Part shown: positions 9,477 to 18,853 of the stretch, one piece after another
How positions within the stretch are numbered: the stretch's first letter is position 1
Layout: each line of letters begins with the position of its first letter
Translations under genes and position numbers: made by a program
Assembly (NCBI GenBank): GCA_036501625.1
Contig: DASXZY010000042.1
Location: 1,929-65,928, forward strand
Length of the DNA stretch: 64,000 bases
Direction: 5' to 3'
Origin: Verrucomicrobiia bacterium
GTDB taxonomy: Bacteria > Verrucomicrobiota > Verrucomicrobiia > Limisphaerales > Palsa-1400
Notes under the pieces: model-generated
Database searches by the model: none
What the model saw: the letters and a program-made list of their open reading frames with translations, nothing else
What the model was told of the DNA's origin: nothing

Positions 9477-11348
9477 ATGAGTTCAATCCGCACGATGGCG
9501 TTTTCCTCGCTTCACAAAGATGAGAGGGTTTTAAAACACAAGCTGGCCCCGGGAACGGTGCGGCGGTCTTTTGGGCTGGTGCGGCCCTACGCGGGCGTTC
9601 TGGCGTTTTTTATGACGCTGGTTGTGCTGGATGCGGCGGCGGGAACTGTCAATCCGCTCATTTTTCGGCAGTTGATCAACAAGGGCATCCTGCGTCATGA
9701 CGCCCACCGGGTCGTGATGCTGGCTTTGACGGCGGCGGCAATTAGTATTATTGACGGCGGCCTGACTTTTTGGCAGCGCCATTTGGCCGCGAGCATCGGA
9801 TTGCAAATGGTGTATGACCTGCGCACGCGCGTCTTCGGCCACATTCAACAAATGTCGCTCGCGTTCTTCAGCCGCGCGCGCACGGGGGCCTTGGTCAGCC
9901 GGCTCAACGGCGATGTCAGCGGCGTTCGCGACGCCTTCACCGACCTGCTCTCCACCGCGATCGGAAATGTGGTGACCGTCTTGATCGTATTGACCGCGAT
10001 GTTCGCTTTGTCCTGGCAGCTTACGGCCGCGGCGTTGCTGGCGGTGCCGGTGTTCCTGGTGTCGGCCCGCAAGGTGGGGCGGAAACTTCGCGAACTGACC
10101 CGCGAAAATTACGATCGCGCCGCCGAAATGAACAACCTCATGGTCGAGCGATTCAATGTCGCGGGCGCGATGGTCTGGAAGGTTTTTGGCCGCCCCGAAG
10201 AAGAGGCCGCCACCTTCGCCCGCCACGCGGACCGGGTTCGTGTCATTGGGATGGCCATGTCCACCTACGCGCGCATTTTGTTCATCGGTTTGGGATTGAT
10301 GGGGTCATTGGCGGCCGCGGCGGTGTTCGGCTGGGGCGGTGTGCAGGCGGCGCACGGAGCGCTGGACGTCGGCACTGTCGTCGCGCTGGTATCCTATCTC
10401 ATCCGGCTTTATGGGCCGCTGACCGGGTTATCGAGCTTGCAAGTCGATGTCATGACGACGCTCGTTTCGTTCGAGCGCGTGTTCGAGGTGCTGGACTTGA
10501 AGCCGAACATCACTGACGCGCCCAATGCCCGCCCGATTCCCAAAGAGCCGGTGCGGATTGAATTCGATCACGTCCGATTCCGCTACCCGGCGGCGGCGGA
10601 AATTTCCCTGGCCTCGCTCGAATCCGTCGCTGCGCTTGACAAGCATCCCGAAAAGGACGTGCTGCGCGAAATCAGTTTCACGGCCGAGCCCGGCCAGGTC
10701 GTGGCCTTGGTCGGGCCATCCGGCGCGGGGAAGACGACCCTCGTGCAATTGGCCGCGCGCCTTTACGATGTCTCCGAAGGCGCGGTGCGCGTCAACGGCG
10801 TGGACCTGCGCGAAGCCACCGGCGCCTCGATTCGCGACACGGTGGGGATGGTCATGCAGGACTCCCACATGTTCCACGACACCATCCGCGCGAATCTGCA
10901 ATATGCCAAACCCGGCGCGAGCGATCAGGAATTAAACGCGGCCCTGGATGCGGCGCAACTTTTGCCGCTGGTGCAATCGCTGCCCAAGGGATTGGACACG
11001 CTCCTGGGAGACCGCGGCCACCGGCTTTCGGGCGGCGAGCGCCAGCGCCTGGCCATCGCGCGGCTGTTGTTGAAGGCGCCGCGGGTGGTCATTTTGGACG
11101 AGGCCACCGCGCATCTGGATACCGCCGCGGAACGGGCCATCCAACAGGCGTTCGCGACCGCGCTGGAAGGCCGCACTTCGCTTGTGATCGCGCACCGGCT
11201 CTCGACCGTCCAAAACGCGGATCAAATTCTGGTTCTTCAGCAGGGCCGGATTGTGGAACGCGGCCGGCACGACGAATTGCTGCGCGCCAACCAACTCTAC
11301 GCGCAGTTGTATCAGAAACAATTCAAAGAAGTTCCTGCGAAGGGCTAG
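9477..11348 (+). CDS. ABC exporter, fused permease/ATPase (MsbA-like type I exporter)
   Basis: 623 aa with six N-terminal TM helices. Walker [10 protein letters not shown], signature [16 protein letters not shown], Walker [13 protein letters not shown] and H-loop IAHRLSTV. Confidence 0.9.
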   Translation: MSSIRTMAFSSLHKDERVLKHKLAPGTVRRSFGLVRPYAGVLAFFMTLVVLDAAAGTVNPLIFRQLINKGILRHDAHRVVMLALTAAAISIIDGGLTFWQRHLAASIGLQMVYDLRTRVFGHIQQMSLAFFSRARTGALVSRLNGDVSGVRDAFTDLLSTAIGNVVTVLIVLTAMFALSWQLTAAALLAVPVFLVSARKVGRKLRELTRENYDRAAEMNNLMVERFNVAGAMVWKVFGRPEEEAATFARHADRVRVIGMAMSTYARILFIGLGLMGSLAAAAVFGWGGVQAAHGALDVGTVVALVSYLIRLYGPLTGLSSLQVDVMTTLVSFERVFEVLDLKPNITDAPNARPIPKEPVRIEFDHVRFRYPAAAEISLASLESVAALDKHPEKDVLREISFTAEPGQVVALVGPSGAGKTTLVQLAARLYDVSEGAVRVNGVDLREATGASIRDTVGMVMQDSHMFHDTIRANLQYAKPGASDQELNAALDAAQLLPLVQSLPKGLDTLLGDRGHRLSGGERQRLAIARLLLKAPRVVILDEATAHLDTAAERAIQQAFATALEGRTSLVIAHRLSTVQNADQILVLQQGRIVERGRHDELLRANQLYAQLYQKQFKEVPAKG

Positions 11349-11354
11349 GCCGGG

Positions 11355-13178
11355 CTAAATCTTCCAATACGGCTTGGCGCTGGCGTCGATTTGCTCGAAC
11401 AACTGGCGCACGCAGGCCGGAATCTCCTCCATCGCCTCCGCGATGCGCGCGCCCAAACGGCTGTCATATTCGCCCAGGCGAAATTGCGAGAACAAGTCGT
11501 TCAGGGCTTTGCGCTGGTCCGGCAGCGTGCTGGCAGGGCTGAGGCGCGCCTCCAATTCCCTGGGCGCCAGCGTGATGGCCGGAAAGCCGCGCGCGATCGC
11601 CCGCGCGTCAAGCAAATATCCTTCCAAGTCGGGAAAATCGAGCGTGACGACCTGCTCTGGCGGCAATTGCAATTGGTCCACAATCGCTTTTCGCGTGCGG
11701 CTGGCCATTTCGCTGCCGTTGCCGAATACGGCGAAGACCAGCGTATGGACGAAGTTGCTCAACGCGATGCGCGTGTTGGCGAAGTAATGCAGCGTGCAGG
11801 CGCCCTCGGCGTCGAGGAATTGAACGTTGATGTGAAAATTAAATCTCCGCGCCCACGCCTCGAAGATCGGCACGTGATCGGCCTGCTCGACAAACACAAT
11901 GGCCTCCGCCTCGAAGCTGAACGAAGGTTTGACACCCAATTGCTCAATGACTTCCGGGGCGTGCTCAGGCGTCACGGCCACCACAGCCGTCGTTTTATCC
12001 GCGTCGCGTTCCACGATGAACAGGGAGGAAAGCGGGCACGAAGCGGCGATGGCGGTGGAATGGGTCGCCACGAAAATGCGTTTGCTCCTGGCTTCTTCGC
12101 GCAGGAAATGGAACAGGCCCAATTGCGCTTTCGGATGCAGATAGGTTTCCGGCTCCTCGACGCAGACCCACGAACCCGGTTTGGCCAGCACGATTTTCGC
12201 CACAATGGCCACCAGCGAGCGCGTGCCAAAACTCATTTGATCAATCGAATAAACCAGATCTTCATCCGCGTCGTCGATCATGCCCAGAGTGGCCTCGTTG
12301 TGAATGGTGGGCGTGTAAAGCTTGCCGAGGCTGGGCACCAGCTTGGAAACTTCCGCCTCGATCTTGCGAAACTGCTTGGGCTTGTTGTTGTAGAGCCAGT
12401 GCATCACGTCGGGCAGGTTGGAGACATCGGCCGTTAGCGTATGGCCGCCGAGAATCGGCGCGCTGGTGGGCATCTTGCGCAGAGGATCGGCCCATTCCAG
12501 GTTGGCGAATTGTTGATAAACGGCCTCGGCCAGCTCGTGCGAAATCGGGAACGCGGCGGCGCCCTCCGGCCGGCCCAGGCGCAATCGGTAAGGCTCCAGC
12601 GTTTCCAGGCGCGGCTCCAGCGGGACTGGCTCGGCCGGAAGTTCGCCGGCGCAACGTTTGCTCAGCGCCTCCATCTGGCCGGACACCGCCTCCAGCATGC
12701 CCGGCGCGCCTTTGACGGAAAAAATCTCAAACAGCCGCTCCCCGGAAATGTTGGGCGTGGAAAGGGCCTCGGTGAAACTGTCGCGCGTGAGGGTCATTTT
12801 CAAAACGAGCACGGAAAGAAACGCGGAGTTGATCACTTCGGCGGCGGCCAATTGCGGATTGCCCGCGTAGAGGCGGTGGATGAAATCAATCCGCCTTTTC
12901 GGAGCGGGCACGAACTCAAAGAGGAACTCGATGGTTTCGTTCTCCTGTTTGCGGTGGATAACTTCGATAAGGCTGCGGCCGCGGAACGCCACCGCCTGCT
13001 CAAAGCTGATGGCCGCCTCGGAAAGGAACTTAAACGCGTCAAGGCAATTGGACTTGCCGGCATTATTGCGGCCCATCAGAAGCGCCAGGTTATTAAGGTC
13101 ATTCAACTCCACGCGCCTGATGCTTTTATAATTGCAGGCAATCACCCGCCTCAGACTAAGATCGACAAGTTCCATCAC
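11355..13178 (-). CDS. OLD/PARIS-like ABC-type ATPase with C-terminal Toprim/DUF4435-like region (candidate single-gene defence nuclease)
   Basis: 607 aa. Walker A GRNNAGKSN near the N-terminus, a long insertion, then Walker B/D-loop WVCVEEPETYLHP and H-loop FVATHS (AAA_15/AAA_21 architecture). The C-terminal ~170 aa begins AIVFVEQADHVPIFEAW, resembling the Toprim/DUF4435 first strand with its Glu. Confidence 0.65.
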   Translation of the reverse strand: MMELVDLSLRRVIACNYKSIRRVELNDLNNLALLMGRNNAGKSNCLDAFKFLSEAAISFEQAVAFRGRSLIEVIHRKQENETIEFLFEFVPAPKRRIDFIHRLYAGNPQLAAAEVINSAFLSVLVLKMTLTRDSFTEALSTPNISGERLFEIFSVKGAPGMLEAVSGQMEALSKRCAGELPAEPVPLEPRLETLEPYRLRLGRPEGAAAFPISHELAEAVYQQFANLEWADPLRKMPTSAPILGGHTLTADVSNLPDVMHWLYNNKPKQFRKIEAEVSKLVPSLGKLYTPTIHNEATLGMIDDADEDLVYSIDQMSFGTRSLVAIVAKIVLAKPGSWVCVEEPETYLHPKAQLGLFHFLREEARSKRIFVATHSTAIAASCPLSSLFIVERDADKTTAVVAVTPEHAPEVIEQLGVKPSFSFEAEAIVFVEQADHVPIFEAWARRFNFHINVQFLDAEGACTLHYFANTRIALSNFVHTLVFAVFGNGSEMASRTRKAIVDQLQLPPEQVVTLDFPDLEGYLLDARAIARGFPAITLAPRELEARLSPASTLPDQRKALNDLFSQFRLGEYDSRLGARIAEAMEEIPACVRQLFEQIDASAKPYWKI

Positions 13179-13235
13179 GCTGGGTTTTAGATAGCCTCTT
13201 TTGTGGAAGTCTCAAGGGTATTCGTGGAACGCGGC

Positions 13236-15416
13236 CTAGTCGCTCGCTGCCTCGGCGGTTTGCCGCGAACGCGCTTCCATCGCGCGGAAACGGGTTTCCA
13301 GTTTGGGGTAATGTTTGATCAGCGCCTGAAAATGCGTGTCCCGCAGCGAAAGCAGGAGCGTCGGCGCCAAGGTGCGCACGGTGGCCGTCCGGGGCATCCG
13401 ATGCAGGAGCGCGATCTCGCCGAAGTAATCCCCGTCGTCCAGGACGGCGATTCTCTTGGGTTCCTCCGCGCCGTTTTGCTTGAGAATCTCGACTTTGCCG
13501 CGGGCGATCAAATAGAACTTATCCCCCATTTCGCCTTCGGTCACGACATCCTGCGCGGCCGGGTAGGATTCGGCCACAAAGTATTGCACGGCCTCTGCCA
13601 GCGCCTCCGGCTCCAGTTCGCTCATCACGGGGTAATCCTGCAAATGCGCCGGATCGATCACGCCATCGTCCCCCTGCTCGTTGATCGTGAACCCGCTTTG
13701 CCGCCGCCAAAGCCTGGCATAAGCGCCGCGGGCCGCCATCAAATTCGCGTGGCTGCCCGCTTCAGCCACCCGTCCGCCTTGCATGAAATAAATGCAATCC
13801 GCGTTCTGCACCGAGGCCAGCCGGTGGGTCACGGAGATCACCGTCCGCCCGGCCGACAAATCGCGCAACGTCGCGTTGATGGCCGCTTCCGTTTCCGGGT
13901 CCAGGGCGGAAGTCGCTTCGTCAAGTAGAAGGATGCGCGGATGCCGCAGCAGGGCGCGCGCGATGGCAATCCGCTGGCGCTGGCCTCCGGAAAGGCGGCC
14001 CCCGCACTCGCCGGCCAGGGTGTCGTATCCTTTGGGCAGCGAGGCGATCCATTCGTGAATTTCCGCCTGGCGGGCCGCGCCTTCCACCTCGTCATCGCTG
14101 GCGGAAGGGAAGCCCAGCCGGATATTCTCCCGCAGGCTCAAGTGGAAAAGGTCGCTGTCCTGGAAGACGACTCCCATCTGCCGCCGCAACGATTCCACCA
14201 TCGTTTGCCGGATGTCCACGCCGTCAAACATAATTGAGCCGGCATTGGGATCGTAGAAACGAACAATCAAATTGAACAGCGTGCTTTTGCCGCTGCCGCT
14301 GCTGCCGACAAAGGCCACAAAGGTGCCGCATCGGATCGTCAAGTCGATTCCGTGCAGGTTTTGCAAGCCGCCGCCGTAACTGAAGGAGACATTGTGAAAG
14401 CGGATGTTCTCGCGCATCGGCGGATGATCGGCCGCGCCCGGCTGATCGCTCACGGCGGCCTCCTCCTTCAGAAGTTCCTGCACCCGGCCCAGGCCGAGGA
14501 CGGATTCCATCAGCACCGGCGTCACCTGGGTCAGAGTCTGGATGGAACGGACGACGTAAAGAAAAATGCCCTGGAACGCTACGATTGTGCCCAGCGTGCG
14601 GTGCCCGCGCGCCACCATCAGCAACCCCAATCCCATCACCAGCACTTCGGCGATCAGAATGATAAGGTTGGGCGAGCGTTCCAGCACGTAGGCGATGAAC
14701 TTGGCTTTGGCCGTCTCCCGCGTCAGCGACTCTGTCAAATCAACAAATCCGTTGATGAAATGCGGCCCCAGCCCGAAGGCCTTGACCACCGGCTGGGCCA
14801 GTACCGTTTGCTGGGCGATGTGTTCCAGTTCCGATTCCTTGTCCTCCACGGGCACGCGGGCGTCCGCCGCCACCTTGACCAGCGGCCGCGGCAATTCAAC
14901 GCACAGCACCAGCGCGCAAACCGTCAGCGCCGCCAGCCGCCATTCCAGAAAAAACAAAATGGTCACGCTGCACACAATTCCGACCGCCCCCAGCAGAAAA
15001 CCGGCCGCCCCGGATGTCACCGCCGATTCCAGCAGCACGAGGTCGCCGGAGAGCCGGGCGATGAGGTCGCGGCTGCGCTGCTGCATGAAGAAGGACATGG
15101 ACATCTGCTGCAAATGGCGGAAGACCGCCTGCCGGGCATCGCGCTTGATGCGCGTGCTCAAGACCGCGAAGCCGTAACCCCGCAGCAAATCCGCGCCGGA
15201 CGCCAGCAGGACGGCCAGGATGAGCGCCCCGGCGATCTTGCTGAAAAAAATGAGGTCCACCCCGGCGGAAATTTTGTCAATAAAATACTTAAGCCCCAGC
15301 GGCCACATGATGCTGAAGGCGACATCGACCATCAGCAGCGCTCCCACCCCGGTGGCGATGCTTCGGTAGGGGGACAGATACCGCGCCAGCACGCGAAGAT
15401 ATTGAAAAAAGGTCAT
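13236..15416 (-). CDS. ABC exporter (permease/ATPase) fused to a C-terminal cyclic-nucleotide-binding domain
   Basis: 726 aa with an N-terminal TM domain. GSSGSGKST, LSGGQRQRIAIARALL, ILLLDEATSALD. The C-terminal ~120 aa carry the cNMP-binding signature (GEMGDKFYLIARGKVEIL..LDDGDYFGEIALLHRMPRTATV). Confidence 0.9.
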   Translation of the reverse strand: MTFFQYLRVLARYLSPYRSIATGVGALLMVDVAFSIMWPLGLKYFIDKISAGVDLIFFSKIAGALILAVLLASGADLLRGYGFAVLSTRIKRDARQAVFRHLQQMSMSFFMQQRSRDLIARLSGDLVLLESAVTSGAAGFLLGAVGIVCSVTILFFLEWRLAALTVCALVLCVELPRPLVKVAADARVPVEDKESELEHIAQQTVLAQPVVKAFGLGPHFINGFVDLTESLTRETAKAKFIAYVLERSPNLIILIAEVLVMGLGLLMVARGHRTLGTIVAFQGIFLYVVRSIQTLTQVTPVLMESVLGLGRVQELLKEEAAVSDQPGAADHPPMRENIRFHNVSFSYGGGLQNLHGIDLTIRCGTFVAFVGSSGSGKSTLFNLIVRFYDPNAGSIMFDGVDIRQTMVESLRRQMGVVFQDSDLFHLSLRENIRLGFPSASDDEVEGAARQAEIHEWIASLPKGYDTLAGECGGRLSGGQRQRIAIARALLRHPRILLLDEATSALDPETEAAINATLRDLSAGRTVISVTHRLASVQNADCIYFMQGGRVAEAGSHANLMAARGAYARLWRRQSGFTINEQGDDGVIDPAHLQDYPVMSELEPEALAEAVQYFVAESYPAAQDVVTEGEMGDKFYLIARGKVEILKQNGAEEPKRIAVLDDGDYFGEIALLHRMPRTATVRTLAPTLLLSLRDTHFQALIKHYPKLETRFRAMEARSRQTAEAASD

Positions 15417-15725
15417 GAAGTATCGATCACGTCATGGTTTTTCCCGTTCGCGCCCGCCGTCCTTGCGCATCATGGCTTCTTCCTGGCACATGCGGGACAA
15501 TTCTTAGCGTTTTTTAAGCCAAACCGCACGGAAAAAACGGCCCCATCTCCGAAGAAGGCGGCTGAGTGCGAGTGATGCATGGTCTGAATTCGCTCTATCC
15601 GCGCCAGCAGAAAACAAAAACTCACATCCTAAACGCCATCTTTGCTTTTCAGTTTTCGAGTGCAGCGGTTTTGCGGAACAAGCGACTGGGGTGGATAGAG
15701 AGCGCAGCCGGAGCAACGCCGCCTC

Positions 15726-16028
15726 TTAAATTCGTGGCATTAGCGCCCAAATGACCCATAACAAAATCAATACCAAACCGAACGCCGCATAAGCTCTGCG
15801 CCGTTTCCACGAAAACAATACTGTAATGAACAGCGAAACGAACACCGGAACAGACGCGTCGAACATGCTCTGGTACCAAAACGTTAGTCCATGAACCGTC
15901 AGTGTCTTAGGGTTACCCCACATGACCAAAATTAGAACAAGGCAAAAAGACTCGACTGTCCATCTCCACAACTTGAAAAATTCAAGTTTCCGATTGCGAG
16001 GGTTGGGAAATGGTTCACCGTGCGGCAT
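15726..16028 (-). CDS. Hypothetical small membrane protein
   Basis: 100-aa ORF with 2-3 hydrophobic helices, in a lower-GC stretch just outside the island's distal att repeat. No recognisable motif. Confidence 0.35.
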   Translation of the reverse strand: MPHGEPFPNPRNRKLEFFKLWRWTVESFCLVLILVMWGNPKTLTVHGLTFWYQSMFDASVPVFVSLFITVLFSWKRRRAYAAFGLVLILLWVIWALMPRI

Positions 16029-16217
16029 ACTTTTTAATTCAGGTCGCCGGGCTTTCGCCTAAATCTTGCCCGGTTTTCATGCGCATGTTCATCAAAGGAG
16101 GACGAATGGTAGTCTTGAGGGTTTGGCGTTGCAAGCCGGCTGGAATTTGGGTAGTGGGTACTTTGAATTTGAGATTTCGCGCTGCCCTGTCCGCTGTGGG
16201 AAATCAGGAACTTATCG

Positions 16218-16259
16218 GCTTCCCTCGTAAAATTGGTGCGCGAGAGAGGACTTGAACCT
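16218..16259. repeat. Distal att repeat (copy of tRNA-Leu 3' end)
   Basis: gcttccctcGtaaaaTtggtgcgcgagagaggacttgaacct matches 25528-25569 with 2 mismatches (16227, 16233). The perfect core 16234-16259 is identical to the last 26 nt of the tRNA, including CCA. Confidence 0.85.
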
Positions 16260-16398
16260 ATTTCAGACTCGTTTTTCATGTTCTCGTTGTTGCTCATATT
16301 TGCCTTTCTTTGATCTATCTTGCTGCGGATGATACGTCGTTATCCCTTTATTTACAAGCACTTTCTTGCATCTTTGCGCAATAATGTGAAGAAAAACG

Positions 16399-16482
16399 CG
16401 TGTCGCGGTGTGTCGCCCGTTTGGCTTGTGTCGGCGATGTGTCGCGATCAAAGCAGGCGGTTTTCTGTGTCGGATTGTGTCG
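16399..16482 (+). promoter_or_regulatory. Array of six (T/C)GTGTCG direct repeats (candidate integrase arm-type sites or iterons)
   Basis: CGTGTCG at 16399. TGTGTCG at 16409, 16427, 16438, 16466 and 16476, all in the same orientation, with pairs spaced 10-11 bp. The same motif recurs at 25492 and 25503 beside the other att end. Confidence 0.5.
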
Positions 16483-16874
16483 GGAGGGGACGGGCGGGGC
16501 GTCCGCTGTCTTGAGCCATCCGGCGTACAATCGCTCGCCGTGGCCTTGCTGGCGCGCGCGGGCGGCGGGAATTGGCGGGCGGCGGACTGCGCTACAGGGC
16601 GAGCGGCCATCGCGTTTAACGCCGGTTACGGTGGACGGCTTGCTCCGAATCGTAACGCGATGCCTGCGCGGCTGGCGCGGCCAGCATCGGATCGCCGGGC
16701 AAGGAATCTCTTTTTTGTGGCCAGACCCCGTCCGGGCAGCCTTCGGCATACCCCCCCCTTCCACGCGTTATCCGGTCACCGGGAGTCCCGCGCGTACACC
16801 CTCACTCGTTTTTGGAAATGCTTCTTGACATAGAGAAGCGGAAATGATTCAAATGCGAACAAATGACTGATTGG

Positions 16875-17183
16875 TCAATTGTTACGGGTCTCATCCCGCA
16901 AACGGAAAGCAAGGTCGGCGGTGATGTAGTCGGTAAGGGACTGTCTGCAAACCTGCTTGTTGTGGGCGTCACACCAAGTTTTAACTGTGACTGCCTTAAT
17001 TGGAATGCGTCTCGTGACCATTCCTTTGTTTTGCAAATCCTTCTCGAATGCTTCGATCTTCGCTCTGAAAGCGCGATAAGTCAGGGGGTCTTGTCTCTCA
17101 GATGCAGGAAGCATGGCAACAACGGCGAGATAGTCTGATTCGTTTTCGTACCACGGGACAGCCATCGGCAAACTTGGTTCCAT
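16875..17183 (-). CDS. Hypothetical cytoplasmic protein (island cargo)
   Basis: 102-aa ORF with no signal peptide, a plausible composition and no recognisable motif. Confidence 0.45.
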   Translation of the reverse strand: MEPSLPMAVPWYENESDYLAVVAMLPASERQDPLTYRAFRAKIEAFEKDLQNKGMVTRRIPIKAVTVKTWCDAHNKQVCRQSLTDYITADLAFRLRDETRNN

Positions 17184-17474
17184 ATTCTTACCTTATTTTA
17201 CAGAACCCTTGTTTGACACCTAGCGGGCAATCTGGCAGGCTGGCAACGCTTGCAGCCACCGCTTGTCCGGTGCTTCCTTGCCGGGGTTCAAGTTCACGGC
17301 AAAGGAAATCTTTTGGCTGTCACGGCTCCAACCGTGGCAGCCTCTTGCTTTCTGGCTCAGGATGCGGCAATTGAACTTGCGGACGCAAGGCGCAAGTCTG
17401 GCGCTGATCTGCCTTTGTTTTGGCTGGCAGGACGGTTAGCGCCGGGCATGATTAGGCCGCAGTCAATCAGGGCG

Positions 17475-18074
17475 ATGATGAAACGAATTCTGATTTGTTT
17501 TGCGATGGTGTTTGCGGACGTTTGCCTTGCGGGGCCGGTCGCGCTCTACGTCTGGAACACGACACAGCACGCCTTCGATTCAGTGTCCCTCGGTTCTTTC
17601 GATGGCTTCCCATACTTAATCTTTGGCGGGCCGGTCGCGGGCGTCACAAACGGTTGCGGCTATCTCTATGACACTACGGAATTGGCATGGCTGCCCATAT
17701 CCCTCCAAGGCGACACCAACGCGGAATATATGGCTTTTGGCGTTGGCGGTGACGGCTCGGACGCATCGTATTTCTTGGACGGCACCAATGCCGGGGCGGT
17801 CACATTGCAAGACTTTGGAGGATACCCGGACGCCTACTTGGGGCCGGATGTTCCGGCAGTTGTCCTGTCCAAGGCGCGGTTGGCGGGCGGCTTTTTCCAG
17901 TTCCAGTTCAACACGGCATCAAACGTCAATTATCAAGTAAATTTCTCTACGAATCTGCGGATATTCGCGCCGCTGGCCGTGGTTGCGGGGACGGCCGGGC
18001 CGATCACGTTTACCGACACAAACAACGCGCGGGCGGTTGGATATTACAGAGTCAGCCTGGCGCTGGTTCCGTGA
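17475..18074 (+). CDS. Secreted hypothetical protein with Verrucomicrobia-type C-terminal tail (island cargo)
   Basis: The ATG at 17475 gives MMKRILICFAMVFADVCLAGP (signal peptide). The C-terminus (GGFFQFQFNTASNVNYQVNFSTNL..GYYRV) shares its pattern with the C-terminus of the GloVer protein at 18854-20278. Confidence 0.6.
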   Translation: MMKRILICFAMVFADVCLAGPVALYVWNTTQHAFDSVSLGSFDGFPYLIFGGPVAGVTNGCGYLYDTTELAWLPISLQGDTNAEYMAFGVGGDGSDASYFLDGTNAGAVTLQDFGGYPDAYLGPDVPAVVLSKARLAGGFFQFQFNTASNVNYQVNFSTNLRIFAPLAVVAGTAGPITFTDTNNARAVGYYRVSLALVP

Positions 18075-18135
18075 CTAGGATTGATGTAAACGCCTGATAC
18101 CCAAGCCGCTGAGGGCTTGCGGGAATGCCCCGGCT

Positions 18136-18495
18136 GTGATTAAGTGCAGCATGAGCGACAACCCAACAGCATGTCCACCGACAACCAAGGGCACGCGGCA
18201 CTTAAACCAAGGAAATGTCCCCGGCAGGCTCAGTCCATATTCACAAGCCGTTGAGTGGCAACGCCGTTTGAATGAAGCTGGAACGGCAGAGGGGATAACG
18301 CCGCAGGCTCTTGCGGCTCTCGCACGCGCCTGGAAGGAACTGGAAGAAATCAAGCGCAAGATCAAAGGCAAGGCCGACCCTAAGCCAGTGGATACGTCCG
18401 CCATCGCCGCCCAGAATCGCCGCCGCCATCGCCAAGGCCAGAACCTCAGTGACCCGGTTGAACCGATAGTGCTGGCGAAGGCTAACGGTCGCTGA
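18136..18495 (+). CDS. Hypothetical basic protein (island cargo)
   Basis: 119-aa ORF (an alternative ATG at 18151 gives MSDNP..). Charged/helical central part (ALAALARAWKELEEIKRKIKGK); no motif recognised. Confidence 0.4.
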   Translation: MIKCSMSDNPTACPPTTKGTRHLNQGNVPGRLSPYSQAVEWQRRLNEAGTAEGITPQALAALARAWKELEEIKRKIKGKADPKPVDTSAIAAQNRRRHRQGQNLSDPVEPIVLAKANGR

Positions 18496-18853
18496 GAGGG
18501 AGTATTTATCCAGCCGTGTGCGGTTGCTGGCGCGAACCGATTCAATGATTTAATCGCGCCTCGATCATCGGAGAAACCCGCCGAATTATAGAGCATTGCC
18601 CCAAGGAGTGTTTTCGGTTACGAATGGGCTGTAACGAGCAACTATGTAAACCGAAGCGAAAACATTTAGCGTAGCTATGGCTACGGTCTCGCTAAGAACC
18701 GCGAATTTTCCGAGTGCGAAGATCAGCCTAAGCGCGCGCCTAAACGGGTGCGGCTTGGCTCATTCTCTACACGGGCGTTGCGCGGTGGCTCTACTGAGGA
18801 TGCGCCAAGTTCGCGCCTTTTTGGTCACAGCCGACAATCCGACGAAATAAATT

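Noticed and set aside
16034-16297. 87-aa ORF overlapping the distal att repeat.
   Set aside because: Its similarity to the integrase ORF N-terminal extension (SSPLSRT.F.REA) is simply the translated att/tRNA repeat. There is no independent coding evidence.
17241-17254. TGGCA-n4-TTGCA resembling a sigma-54 -24/-12 promoter upstream of the secreted cargo gene.
   Set aside because: The GG-to-GC spacing is 10 nt, whereas the consensus spacing is 12. The alternative upstream TGGCA gives 18 nt. Neither fits.
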